The notes: generated by a model not told the origin, from the sequence alone. Positions 1-12,674 are shown, counted from the stretch's first letter. The stretch: 64,000 nucleotides of DNA from an uncultured delta proteobacterium (GCA_963752595.1 CAVVYZ010000013.1:185222-249221), one strand, 5' to 3'. Numbers and translations: made by a program.

Positions 1-1
1 G

Positions 2-715
2 ATCGCGGCCCTGGCCTTCGGCACCGCATCGGTCCCCCGCGTCGACAAGATCGTCGGTCCGGGTAACGCCTACGTGGCGGCCGCCAAGAAGATGGTCTTC
101 GGCCGGGTGGCGATCGACATGATCGCCGGACCCAGCGAGGTGCTCATCATCGCGGACGGGACGGGCGATGCCGCCTTTGCCGCCGCCGATATGCTGGCGC
201 AGGCCGAACACGACGAGACGGCGAGCGCCGTCCTGCTGACGCCGGATGCGGCCTTTGCCGAGGCCGTGGCTTCTGAGGTGGCAAGGCAACTGGAGGGCCT
301 GACGCGCAAGGGCATCGCCTCCCGCTCGCTTGCGGCCTTCGGCGCCGCGGTCGTCACGCGGGACCTCGCCGAAGCGGTCGCCCTGGCCAATCGTTTCGCG
401 CCGGAGCACCTCGAACTGATGGTGCAAAATCCCCGGCAGCTCCTTGCGGAGATCAGGAATGCGGGCGCGGTCTTTTTGGGGATGTATACCCCGGAGGCGC
501 TGGGCGATTACATGGCGGGACCCAATCATGTCCTGCCGACCGGGGGGACGGCCCGCTTCGCTTCCCCCTTGGGTGTCTATGATTTCGTCAAGCGGACCAG
601 CATTCTCTCTTTTACACGGGAGGCGCTTCTGAGATACGGGGCGCAGACTGCCCGTTTTACAGACCTGGAGGGTCTTGACGGCCACGGGAAATCGGTCCGG
701 CTGCGTATGGAATGA
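2..715 (+). CDS. hisD: Histidinol dehydrogenase, C-terminal part (5' end outside window)
   Basis: The frame is open from position 2: VPRVDKIVGPGNAYVAAAK, IDMIAGPSE, DMLAQAEHD, APEHLEL, GDYMAGPNHVLPT are HisD signature motifs. Confidence 0.95.
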   Translation: MAALAFGTASVPRVDKIVGPGNAYVAAAKKMVFGRVAIDMIAGPSEVLIIADGTGDAAFAAADMLAQAEHDETASAVLLTPDAAFAEAVASEVARQLEGLTRKGIASRSLAAFGAAVVTRDLAEAVALANRFAPEHLELMVQNPRQLLAEIRNAGAVFLGMYTPEALGDYMAGPNHVLPTGGTARFASPLGVYDFVKRTSILSFTREALLRYGAQTARFTDLEGLDGHGKSVRLRME

Positions 716-890
716 ATCCGGCAGAGGGCCTTCGGTCTTTACCGGGACCGGAACGGCCCTGACACATTTTCAATGTTCCCCGCGAATCTTGCCGCCTATA
801 AGGCTGGGCTTGTCAGGCTCACACTGTCTGTAGTAATTCCCACTACCGGACGCGCCAACAGCCGTTGACCGGGGTGCCGGAGAGGCCGCT

Positions 891-2594
891 CTATCCCCGG
901 TCCCATCCTCCCCGGGACCGCAACTCCTGCACCACCTGCGCGGCCCTCTCCCTGAGGGTGAGATAATCGGTCTTGGCCACCCGGTTGAGCGGGATCTCGC
1001 CCATTTTGAGGATCACCACGTGGGACGGGCGGGAATAGGCGGAGATGTCCTCGCAGGCGGCGATGACCTCTTCGGGCGTGAGGGTCTGACCGTCCAGGCA
1101 TTCCACGAAGGCCATGATCCCCTCGCTGAAGACCTCGTGCTCCACGCCGACGACGGACACCAGGGCGACCTTGTCCTTGAGCTTCGCATGGATGTGGCGT
1201 TCGACGTCCTCCGGGAAGACCTGATACCCCTTCGGCTTGATGACGAGCTTGGCCCGGCCGGAGAAGTGAAGCCCCTTGTCATCGTATGTGCCGACGTCGC
1301 CCGTATAGCAGATCCCCTCTTTCGAGACGGTCTTTGCCGTATTCTCCGGGTCCCCCAGATAACCGAGGAAGACCTGGGGACCGGAGAAGCAGATCTCCCC
1401 GACCTCTCCTGCGGGTTTCTCCGCACCGGCGGTCCCGTCGGAATTCATGAGATGGCGGATGGTGAGGGGGCAAAGGGGGGAGTCATAGCCGATCCCCTGG
1501 GCGAGCTCGTCCACATCGGCGTCCACATTCGTGTAAGTACAGAATCCCGCCGTTTCCGTGAGCCCCAGGCCCGTTCCGATCCGGGGGGCCATCGCCTTCA
1601 TCTTCACCAGGAACTCCCGGGGCACCGCCTGGCCGCCGTAAATGGCGAAGCGGAGGCTGGACAGGTCGTACTTCGGATAATCGGGGAGACGCCATTCCAT
1701 GTTGAACAGGGCCGGGATCTGGCCGATGATGGTGACCCGGTGTTTCTCAACCGCCTCCAGGGAGAGCTTCGGGTCGAAGATGTGAAGGATGACCGCGACA
1801 CCGCCGCCGAAGAGGATCGTCCCGAGCTGCTCCGTCGTGCAGCCCACATGGGAAGGGGGAAGGTTGATCAGCATCCGGTCGGACATCTCCAGCTCAAAGC
1901 CTTCGCTCAGGGAGATGTTCTGGATCAGGATGTTCTCATGGCACAGAAGCGCCGGCTTCGGGGAGCCGGTGGAGCCTGTAGTGAAGATGATGAGTGCCGC
2001 ATCCCGCTTGCCGACTTGACGCCGCGCCTTCTTCACCCGGCCGGTGAGGAGGTTCAGGAGAAACACCTTCTTGATGTCCTTGACGAATTCCGTGATCCCC
2101 ACGGCGCCGTCCATGATCAGGTCCGCCTCTTTCTGGAACTGCACCCAGTGCCGGATAGTGGGGCAGGAGGCCATCACTTCCCTGATGATCGGCCGGAAGT
2201 CGGCGACCGGCGTCTTTCCCAGGAAGAAATAGGCCTTCGGTTTCATCTTCCCCATGCAGGTGATGATCTCCTTGGCCTTCAGGCGCAGGTCCAGGGGGGC
2301 GATGATGATGCCGACGCGGTAACAGGCGTAGATGAGATAGACATGTTCCTTCAGGAGCGGCAGGCTTGTGGCGATGATGTCCCCTTTGACAAGCCCGATG
2401 GAGAGGAGCTTGGCCGCAAAGGCCGAGACGGAGGTGTTGAATTTTTTCCAGGTGACCGTCTCGCCGGTGTTGTGTTCGATGATCGCCGTTTCTTTGGGCC
2501 GCTGATCGGCGTAAAGGGAGATATAATCGGCGATGTTCGGAAGGAGGGATGCATACATCTCACGGCAGCGTTCGTCTTTCTGATGATCCTTCAT
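891..2594 (-). CDS. Class I adenylate-forming enzyme (long-chain fatty acid/acyl-CoA ligase-like)
   Basis: AMP-binding P-loop IIFTTGSTGSPK, GLGLTE, YTGDVG and C-terminal PLNRVAK. Start placed at ATG 2594, which has AGGAGG upstream. Confidence 0.9.
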   Translation of the reverse strand: MKDHQKDERCREMYASLLPNIADYISLYADQRPKETAIIEHNTGETVTWKKFNTSVSAFAAKLLSIGLVKGDIIATSLPLLKEHVYLIYACYRVGIIIAPLDLRLKAKEIITCMGKMKPKAYFFLGKTPVADFRPIIREVMASCPTIRHWVQFQKEADLIMDGAVGITEFVKDIKKVFLLNLLTGRVKKARRQVGKRDAALIIFTTGSTGSPKPALLCHENILIQNISLSEGFELEMSDRMLINLPPSHVGCTTEQLGTILFGGGVAVILHIFDPKLSLEAVEKHRVTIIGQIPALFNMEWRLPDYPKYDLSSLRFAIYGGQAVPREFLVKMKAMAPRIGTGLGLTETAGFCTYTNVDADVDELAQGIGYDSPLCPLTIRHLMNSDGTAGAEKPAGEVGEICFSGPQVFLGYLGDPENTAKTVSKEGICYTGDVGTYDDKGLHFSGRAKLVIKPKGYQVFPEDVERHIHAKLKDKVALVSVVGVEHEVFSEGIMAFVECLDGQTLTPEEVIAACEDISAYSRPSHVVILKMGEIPLNRVAKTDYLTLRERAAQVVQELRSRGGWDRG

Positions 2595-2789
2595 GGCGGT
2601 GGCCTCCTGATGGGGTTGAAAGGGAACGAGAATCGAGTCCCTGAAGTACCGGAAAATGTGTTCTTGTGTCAAGGAATATCAGCGGTACCAGAGCCCATTC
2701 ATCGATCTTCCCACTGCTGTTCAGTGATTAGGTATACAGGCAAAGGGTGAGGGGTGATATTTCCCCTCCGGCCCCAACGCCGGTCTTTT

Positions 2790-3185
2790 TCAGGGGCGAT
2801 TGACAGACCTGATGACAAGCCAGACGGTGAGCGCCGCCGCGAGGATCCAGATCAGGACGATCACCGCGGCCGCGATCATCCCCGCCCGCGTTGCTTGTCC
2901 CACGATCGTCTCCGATTTCTGACGGCACTCCGCAAGGATCTCCGGCGGGATCATCCGGATGACGAGCATGATCCCCAGCGGGATGAGGATCAGGTCGTCC
3001 AGGTATCCCAGAACGGGGATGAAATCCGGGATCAGGTCGATCGGGGAGAGGGCATAGCCGACGACGAGGAGGGCAAGGGCCTTCGCATACCAGGAAACAC
3101 CCGGGTGGCGGCAGGCCAGATAGAGGGCGAAGGTCTCCTTCTTCAGGGCCTTCACACGCTCCTTCCAGGGACCTGACGATCTCAT
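2790..3185 (-). CDS. YkvA/DUF1232 family membrane protein
   Basis: Signature YALSPIDLIPDFIPVLGYLDDL. Confidence 0.92.
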   Translation of the reverse strand: MRSSGPWKERVKALKKETFALYLACRHPGVSWYAKALALLVVGYALSPIDLIPDFIPVLGYLDDLILIPLGIMLVIRMIPPEILAECRQKSETIVGQATRAGMIAAAVIVLIWILAAALTVWLVIRSVNRP

Positions 3186-3648
3186 GAGGGGTTCTCCGGT
3201 TCCGTCCTATGCGACAGGGATTTGATTGACGCGGGATGAGAATGCCTTGGTTGTTTTAACGCAGTCATGGTGCTTCCCACAGCAATACGACGATGATAAA
3301 CCCCGGCGCCAGCGGATATCGAATTTTCAAAGGATGAATTTCCGATCATGGCTTCGGGCTGAGCGATTTATGCAAAAACATTGTGGTGCAGTATTGCATT
3401 TTTGGGGTCTTATGTCTATTTTTTATAGGCTTCGATCCATTTCTTGACGAGTCGCCCGCCTGCTGCTGATAGGCCCTGATCTTCGAACGGATGGATTCGG
3501 GAAGATTTATTCCGATGGATTTGATGATAAAAAAGGTGTGATTTATTGAAAATTATGCGACAGTAATATCAATGAAGGTCAACGCATATAAAGGATAACC
3601 CTTTTTTTAACCCCTAACGTATAGGGGAAATTGGGCGGAATTATTGGG

Positions 3649-3687
3649 ACCCCGTTTCTCGTCATTGAAGAAACGGGGTTTTTGTTT
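3649..3687 (+). terminator. Intrinsic terminator immediately upstream of the glucan synthase gene
   Basis: Perfect 11-bp stem ACCCCGTTTCT/AGAAACGGGGT followed by TTTTGTTT. Confidence 0.7.
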
Positions 3688-3708
3688 AGGAGTCCTACTG
3701 CCGTGAAC

Positions 3709-6700
3709 ATGAGCAGTCATACGATCCGTGAGCCTTTGCTCCGCCTGAAGTCGTGCCTTCCGGGAAGGGGCCTTGGGCGAAATCATGCCGGTGACGAGCC
3801 ACCGCTGCGGGCGGAGTTATTCAGCGCCGATCAGATGGAGCAACACGGCAAGAACCTGGCGGGTTCACACCAATTGAGTCCGGGGCGCGCTCCGGATCTG
3901 CTGCTGGCGCGGCTGGCTGAGAACGAAGAGGTCCTGCTCGGCGTCCGGAACCTGTTGACCGAGGCGGTTAAGGCAAACCGCCGGATTACGCCGGCCGGGG
4001 AATGGCTGCTCGATAACTTCTACCTGATCGAAGAGCAGATCCGCACCGCCAGAAGGCATCTGCCAAAGGGTTACAGCCGGGAGCTGCCCCGTTTGATGAA
4101 TGGTCCCTCGGCCGGCCTTCCGCGTGTGTATGACATTGCGCTGGAGACGATCTCCCACGGCGATGGGCGGGCGGATCCGGAGAGTCTCAGCCGGTTTGTC
4201 GCCGCATACCAGACCGTCATCGCCCTGAAGCTGGGTGAATTGTGGGCCATCCCCATCATGTTGCGCCTGGCGCTGATCGAGAATCTCCGCCGCATTGCAG
4301 CCAGGATCGCTGCGGACAGAATCGACCGTAACCTGGCCGATTATTGGGCGGATCAGATGACGGAGAGCGCCGCGAAGGACCCGAAGAACCTGATTCTGGT
4401 GATTGCGGACATGGCCAGATCGAATCCGCCGCTTGGTCAGTTCGTTTGTTGCGGAACTGACGCGCCGCCTGCAGGGACAAGGCCCCGCTCTGGCGTTGCC
4501 GCTGACCTGGATCGAGCAGCGACTCTCCGAGTACGGCCAGACCATCAAGCAACTCGTGGATGCGGAGAACCAGCAGCAGGCCGCCGACCAGGTCTCCATG
4601 AGCAACAGCATCGGCAGCCTCCGCTTCCTCGGTGCGATGGACTGGCGGGAGTTCGTCGAGACGATGAGCCTGGTCGATAAGATTCTGCGTGAGGATCCCG
4701 TCGATGTTTACGGCAAGATGGATTTTTCCACCCGTGACCGATACCGCCATGTGGTGGAGAAGATCGCGAAGTTCAGCCTCTTGTCCGAGGACGAGGTGGC
4801 GCGCCTGGCGATCCGGCTTGCCCACGAGGGGGCGGCCGGGAAGGGCGGCGAGGATCGCACGGCCCATGTCGGCTTCTACCTGATCGATCAAGGATCGGCC
4901 GAGCTTGATCGACTGGCCCAAGTGCGATGGCCGCCCTCCGAAGCCATCCGGAAATGGAGCCGCCGGTTTCCTTTCCTGCTCTATGGCGGCTCGATCCTCC
5001 TGCTGACGCTGCTCTTCACCGGGATGTTGCTGATGAAGGCGCATGCCGGCGGATTGCAGGATTGGCCGCTGGCGCTGATCGGACTGCTCCTGCTTTTCGG
5101 CACCAGCCATCTGGCGATCGCCTTGGTGAACTGGCTGGCGACGCTTCTGGTCATGCCGCATCCGTTGCCGCGCATGGACTTCTCCCAGGGTATCCCGACG
5201 CAATTCCGCACCCTGGCCGTGGTCCCGACGATGCTCACCGGCACCGAGAGCATCGCGGAGCTGATCGAGGCGATGGAAGTCCGGTTCCTTGCCAATCGGG
5301 ACGACAACCTGCACTTCGCCCTGCTGACCGATTTTCGCGACGCCCCCGCCGAAGCGTTGCCGGAGGACGAAGCCCTGTTGCGGCTGGCCCAAAAGGGAAT
5401 CGAAGGCCTGAATATAAAGTACAGCGATCCCAAAGGCGACCGCTTCTTCCTTTTCCATCGCCCGCGCCGATGGAATCCCCGGGACCGGATCTGGATGGGT
5501 TATGAGCGCAAGCGGGGGAAACTTGCGGATTTGAATGCCCTGTTGCGCGGCGAGACACAAGGGGAGTCCGGGGACCGCTTTTCGCTCGTCGTCGGCGACA
5601 CGGCCGTTTTATCGAACGTGAAATACGTGATCACCCTGGACACCGATACGCAGTTGCCGCGCGATGCCGCCTGTCAGTTTGTGGGGGCCATGGCGCACCC
5701 GCTCAACCGTCGCCCGATACGACCAGGACCGGGGGCGCGTCTGCGAGGGATACGGGATCCTTCAGCCGCGGGTTGCCGTGAGCCTGCCCGGCATGAACCG
5801 GTCGCGGTATGCGGCGCTGTGCGGGAGCGATCCCGGCATCGATCCCTATACGCGGGCCGTATCCGATGTCTACCAGGACCTGTTCGGTGAGGGGTCGTTC
5901 ATCGGCAAGGGCATCTATGACGTGGATGCCTTCGATCTGGCGCTCAAGGGGCGTTTTCCCGAGAACCGGATCCTCAGCCACGATCTTCTGGAAGGGTGTT
6001 ACGCCCGGGCGGGTCTGTTGAGCGATGTGCAGCTGTACGAGGAGCACCCATCCCGCTACAGTGCGGACGTGAGCCGCCGTCACCGGTGGATTCGCGGGGA
6101 TTGGCAGCTCTTCAGATGGCTGCTGCCCGGCGTTCCCGGCCCCGCCGGGCATCTGCAGAAAAATCCGCTCTCCGATTTGTCCCGGTGGAAGATCCTCGAT
6201 AATCTGCGGCGTTCTCTCGTGCCCGCGGCGCTGACGTGTTTATTGCTGCTGGGCTGGACTCTCCTGTCGTCGGCCTGGTTCTGGACCCTCGCGGTGCTCG
6301 GGATCATCCTGATTCCCTCGGTGATGACCTCCATCCTGGATGGGCTTCAGAAGCCGGCCGACGTCCTTTTCGGTCAGCACCTGGCCGTCGTCCTGAGTTC
6401 CGCCGGCAGGCGCTTCGCCCAGGCCGCCTTTACGCTCGTGTGCCTGCCTTACGAGGCGTTTTTCAGCCTGGATGCCATCCTGCGCACGGCTCTGGCGGAT
6501 GCTGGTCTCGCACCGGCGGCTTCTCGAATGGAATCCGTCGGGCGACCCGGAACGCAACCGCGGCGACCTGATCGGCGCCTTTCGGACCCTGTGGTTCGCC
6601 CCGGCCCTTGCCGCCGCCACACTCATCACCCTCTGCCTTGGCCAGGCCGGACGCCTTGGGCGTGGCCGTGCCCATCCTGCTCCTCTGGTTTTCATCCCCC

Positions 6701-9700
6701 GCGATCTCCTGGTGGATCAGCCGGCCGCTGGTGCGCCGCGAAGCAAGGCTTTCGAACGGATCAAACCCTCTTTCTCCGGGCGCTGTCACGGAAAACCTGG
6801 GCGTTCTTCGAGACCTTCGTCGGTCCGGAAGATCATTGGCTGCCGCCGGACAACTTTCAGGAGCATCCCTCTCCCGTGGTCGCGCATCGCACGTCGCCGA
6901 CCAACATGGGCCTGTCGCTCCTTGCCAATCTGTCCGCCTATGACTTCGGTTACCTCTCGGCGGGACAACTCATCGAGCGCACGAAGAATGCCTTTCACAC
7001 CATGGAGGCCCTGGAGAGGTACCAGGGCCACTTCTACAACTGGTACGACACCCGATCCCTGAAACCGCTGCCGCCCCTCTACATCTCATCCGTGGACAGC
7101 GGAAACCTGGCGGGCCATCTGCTGACGCTGCGGCCGGGGCTCCTGGCCCTTCCCGATCAAAAGATCCTGGGGCCGCGGCTATTGGAAGGGCTCGGCGACA
7201 CCCTGAAGGTCCTTTCGGACATCGCGGCCGCTACCCCGGGAATGACGACCCCTGTCCAGCTCGCGAAGTTCACGCAGCTTCTGAGGCCGCGACCGATTCT
7301 CCGCCCGCCACGCTCGCCGCGGTCAAGTCTGTGCCTTGAGCAGCTTGCAGCGTCCGCAGCGGAAGTGGTCGCCGAATTCGCCGGCCTCGATGCCGACCCC
7401 GAGAGCCCACTGCAGGTGTGGGCGCGCGCCCTCGCCGGGCAATGCCGGGCTGCGCTCGATGAGCTCGCTTTTTTCGTTCCGTGGGCAGCATGGCCGGTGC
7501 AGCCGGATGATCCCGGCGATCCCGGGAGAGAAGGGACGGGATTCCGACACTGCGCCAACTGGCCCGACTTAGAGGAACGGAGGGCCTGCCGGCCATCGGG
7601 CGGCGGTTGAACCCGAATGCGGGACCCGAAGAAAGGGCGCGGCTGGAGGAACTTCCCGGCCTCATCACGGAGGCGAGCCGGCGCGCCAGGGAACGGATAG
7701 AGGCCATCGAACGGCTGGCACGGCAATGCGGCGAGCTCGCCCGGATCGAATATGGATTCCTGTTCGACAAGGCGCGCAATCTGCTGGCCATCGGGTACAA
7801 CGTCACTGAACACAGGCAGGATCCGAGTTTTTATGATCTGCTGGCTTCGGAAGCGCGGTTCAGCAGTTTCGTGGCGATTGCCCAGGGGCATCTGCCGCAG
7901 GAGAGCTGGTTCGCCCTGGGACGGCTGCTCACCACGGCCGGTGGAGAGCCGGTCCTCCTTTCCTGGAGCGGCTCGATGTTCGAATACCTCATGCCGCTTT
8001 TGGTGATGCCGACGTACGAACATACCCTGCTCGACCAGACCATGAAGGCGGCGGTGGCCAGGCAGATCGAGTACGGGAGTCAGCGCGGGGTGCCCTGGGG
8101 CAGTTCCGAATCGGGCTACAACGCGATCGATGTGCACCTCAACTACCAGTACCGGGCCTTCGGCGTGCCGGGTCTGGGCCTCAAGCGCGGGCTGGCCGAG
8201 GATCTGGTCATTGCGCCTTATGCCTCGGCGATGGCGTTGATGGTTGCACCGGAAGAGGCGTGCCGGAATCTCGAGCAACTCGCGGCGGAAGGGTTTGCCG
8301 GGAGGTACGGCTTCTATGAGGCGATCGACTACACGCCTTCGCGTCTGCCGCGAGGGCAATCCAGCGCCGTGGTTCGCTCCTTCATGTCCCATCACCAGGG
8401 CATGAGCCTCCTTTCGCTGGCCTATCTGCTCCTGGACCGTCCGATGCAGAAGCGGTTTGAGTCGGAACCCCTGTTTCAGGCGACCCTGCTGCTGCTCCAG
8501 GAGCGAATCCCCAAGGTGACGGCGTTTTATGCGCACACCGCCGAGCTCTCCGATTACCATCCGGATTCCGGCCCTCAGGCCACGCCGATTCGTGTTTTCA
8601 GCAGCCCGGATACACCGGTCCCGGAAGTGCAGCTGCTGTCGAACGGCCGATACCACGTGATGGTGACCAGCGCGGGCGGCGGCTACAGCCGCTGGAAGGA
8701 TATCGCCGTCACACGCTGGCGCGAAGACAGCACCTGCGACCCCTGGGGAACCTTCTGTTACCTCCGCGATGTGGAAAGCGGGGAGTTCTGGTCAACCGCC
8801 TGTCAGCCGGCCCCCAAACAGGCGGACCATTACGAGGCGATCTTCTCGGAAGGGCGGGCGGAGTTCCGCCGCCGCGACCACGGCTTCGACACCCATACGG
8901 AGATCGCCGTTTCCCCCGAAGACGATATTGAACTGCGCCGCATCACCATCACCAACAACTCCGGAAGGCGCAGGACCATTGATGTCACGAGCTACGCGGA
9001 GGTCGTTCTCGCCTCACCGGCCGCCGATGCGCTGCATCCGGCGTTCAGCAACCTCTTTGTTCAGACCGAGATCCTCCGCCGGGAACGGGCGATTTTCTGC
9101 ACCCGCCGGCCACGTTCCCAGGGCGAGCAGTACCCCCTGCATGTTTCATCTGATGGCCGTTCAGGGTGCCGAGATCGGGGAAATATCCTATGAGACCGAT
9201 CGCATGCAGTTTATCGGCCGCGGAAATACCGTCGCCAACCCCCAGGCGATGACCCATTTGTCGGATCCTTACGGGCAGCGAGGGCTCCGTCCTGGATCCG
9301 ATCGTCTCGATCCGTTATCGCATCACGCTGGATCCGGAAGAAAAGGCCACGGTCAGCATGGTCACCGGCATGGGGGAGACGCGCGATGCAGCCTTGAGCC
9401 TGGTGGAAAAATACCAGGATCGGCGCCTGGCGGACCGGGTCTTCGATCTGGCGTGGACGCACAGCCAGGTGCTCCTGCGGCAGATCAACGCCACCGAGGC
9501 CGATGCGCAGCTTTACGGACGCCTCGCCGGCTCGGTGATCTATGCCAATGCCTCGCTGCGGGCCGATGCGGGGATTCTCCTGCAGAACCGCCGCGGTCAA
9601 TCGGGTCTGTGGGGATACGCCATCTCCGGCGATTTGCCGATCGTGCTGCTTTCGATCGAAGATCCGGCCAATATCGAGCTGGTCCGCCAGCTCGTGCAGG

Positions 9701-12472
9701 CCCACGCCTACTGGCGCCTGAAGGGACTGGCGGTGGACCTGGTCATCTGGAACGAAGATCACGCGGGTTACCGGCAACTGCTCCACGACCAGATCATGGG
9801 GCTGATTGCGGCCGGCGTCGAGGCCAACGTGACCGACAAACGCGGCAGTATTTTCGTAAGACCCGCGGACCAGATATCGAACGAGGACCGCATCCTGATC
9901 CAGACGGTCGCCCGCGCCATCATCACCGACGCCAAGGGATCGCTTGCCGACCAGCTCAGCCGTCGAACGCCCTGTGGAAATGGCCGTGCCGCGTCTGACG
10001 ATGTCCCGGACTCACCGTGCCGCCCTCCCGGCCGTTGCCGCGTTGCCCCGCCATGACCTGATGTTTTTCAACGGGCTCGGCGGATTCACCCCCGATGGGC
10101 GGGAGTACGTCATTTCGACCGCGCACGGTCAGGTGACCCCGGCGCCCTGGGTGAATGTCCTGGCGAATCCGCATTTCGGGACCGTTCTGTCCGAGAGCGG
10201 CTCCGCCTACACCTGGGCCGAGAATGCCCACGAGTTTCGCCTCACCCCCTGGCATAACGACCCGGTGAGCGATGCGAGCGGGGAGGCCTTTTACATCCGC
10301 GATGAAGAGCGCGGCCATTTCTGGTCCCCCATGCCGCTGCCCAGCCGCGGGATGACGCCTTACGTCACCCGGCACGGATTCGGCTACAGCGTCTTCGAAC
10401 ACACGGAGCGCGGCATCCGCTCCGAGGCATGGGTGTACGTGGCCCCGGATGCGCCCGTCAAGTTCACGGTGCTCAAGATCAAAAACGAGTCCGGCCGATC
10501 CCGCCGTCTGTCCGTCACGGGTTACGTCGAGTGGGTCCTGGGGGATCTGCGGCCGAAAACGGCCATGCACGTGGTGACCGAAGTCGACCCCGCAAGCGGG
10601 GCGCTCTTCGCGCGGAACCCTTACAATACGGAGTTTCCCGACCGGACTGCCTTTTTCAACGCGGACGGTGCGACGCGGACTCTCAGCGGCGACCGGACTG
10701 AGTTTCTGGGGCGCAACGGCACGCTCGCGAGTCCGGCTGCGATGAACAGGTCGCGGCTCTCCGGCAGGGTCGGGGCCGCCCTGGATCCCTGCGCCGCGAT
10801 TCAGGCGTCCTTCGAGCTTGCCGACGGGCAGGAGCGGGAGATCGTCTTCACGCTCGGTGCGGAGCGGGATGCCGTCAGCCGCTCGCCGCCTGGCGCATCG
10901 TTTCCGGGGATCGGCGGCGGCGCGGGAGGCGCTGGAGGCGGTGTGGCAGTACTGGAAGCACACGCTCGGCGCCGTCCAGGTGGAAACGCCCGATCCGTCC
11001 CTCAATGTTCTGGCCAACGGCTGGCTTTTGTATCAGACCCTGGCATGCCGCCTCTGGGCGCGCAGCGGGTACTACCAGTCCGGCGGCGCCTTCGGTTTCC
11101 GCGACCAGTTGCAGGATGTGATGGCCCTCATCCACACCGAACCGCGCCTGGCGCGCGAGCATCTGCTGCTCTGTGCGGCCCGTCAGTTTCCCGAAGGGGA
11201 TGTCCAGCACTGGTGGCACCCCCCCGCGGGCCGGGGCGTGCGGACACACTGTTCGGACGATTACCTCTGGCTGCCGCTTGCGGCGTGCCGCTATGTACTG
11301 ACCACAGGGGACACCGGTGTACTGGACGAGCCCATCCCCTTCATCCAGGGACGCCCGGTCAAGGCGGAAGAAGACTCGTATTACGATCTGCCCTCCCGGT
11401 CCGGGGAAACCGCCCGCTCTCTATGAACACTGCGTGCGGGCGATTCTCCGGGGTCTTCGGTTCGGCGCACACGGATTGCCGCTCATGGGCTCCGGAGACT
11501 GGAACGACGGCATGAACCTGGTGGGCGCGGAGGGAAAAGGCGAAAGCGTCTGGCTGGGGTTTTTCCTCTATGATGTCCTCATGCGGTTCGCCGGGTTGGC
11601 CCGCACCCGCGGCGACATCGCCTTCGCCGACCGCTGTGAGCGCGAAGCGGCGAAGGTGCGCCGGAATATCGAACTCAACGGCTGGGACGGCCTGTGGTAC
11701 CGCCGCGCTTACTTCGACGACGGCACGCCGCTGGGGTCGGCGAAGAACGCCGAATGCCAGATCGATTCCGTTGCCCAGAGCTGGTCGGTTCTGTCCGGGG
11801 CGGGCGATCCCGAACGCTCCCGCCTGGCCATGGAAGCGGTGGATCGGCGCCTCGTACGCCGGGACCACGGCCTGATCCAGCTCCTGGATCCGCCATTCGA
11901 CAAGTCCGCGCTGAATCCCGGCTACATCAAAGGGTATGTCCCGGGCGTGAGAGAAAACGGCGGGCAGTACACCCATGGGGCGATCTGGGCGGCGATGGCC
12001 TTTGCCTCCCTGGGCGACGCCCGGCGTGCGTGGGAACTGCTGGCGATGATCAACCCGGTGAACCATGCCGGCTCTCCCGAGGCGATTGCGACCTACAAGG
12101 TGGAGCCTTACGTCGTCGCGGCGGACGTCTATGCGGTCCCGCCGCACACCGGCCGCGGCGGATGGACATGGTACACGGGTTCGGCCGGATGGATGTACCG
12201 GCTGATCGTGGAGTCGCTCCTGGGGTTGAGGCTGGAGGAGGACAAGCTGCGTCTCTGCCCCGTGTCTTCCGGCGGATTGGAAAGGCTTTACCGTGCACTA
12301 CCGGTATCGGGAAACGGTCTACCACATCGCCGTCCTGCGAACGCCGGCCGCCGATGGCCAGGCGGGGGTGACGGTGGACGGCGTCGAGCAGACCGACCAG
12401 TCGATTCCCCTTGTGGACGACCGCCGGGAACATTCGGTCGAGGTCAGAATAATAAACGCCACGCGCGATTGA
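3709..12472 (+). CDS. ndvB: Cyclic beta-1,2-glucan synthase/phosphorylase (NdvB/Cgs-type; GT84 + GH94), about 2900 aa, split by roughly a dozen indels
   Basis: Consecutive ORF fragments carry [124 protein letters not shown] and [10 protein letters not shown]. The gene ends [19 protein letters not shown]. Confidence 0.9.
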
Positions 12473-12674
12473 AGCTCTCCGCAGCAGGCTGTGGAGAATC
12501 TTCGATCCTTGCGTGGAACAACCCATTTCGTTTTCACTCGCTTACTCCGCCGGAGGGATGGTGGGGTTTTTGCATTTTAGAGAATGAATGTCATTGAGAT
12601 TGACGCCATCATGCCTGAATGTTATTATTTCTCACACTAAGTGAATAAGAAACCAACCTCAGCGGGGGACCATA

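Noticed and set aside
1020-2750. Long antisense ORFs (e.g. 1020-2750 +, 7157-8656 -, 21833-23203 -, 54329-55774 -, 58705-60141 -)
   Set aside because: They are shadow frames of well-supported genes on the opposite strand, expected in GC-rich DNA, and have no recognisable motifs.
12468-12580. Hairpins after ndvB as a riboswitch for the serine hydrolase genes
   Set aside because: Their position directly after the ndvB stop fits ordinary termination or mRNA stabilisation, and no aptamer consensus was recognised.
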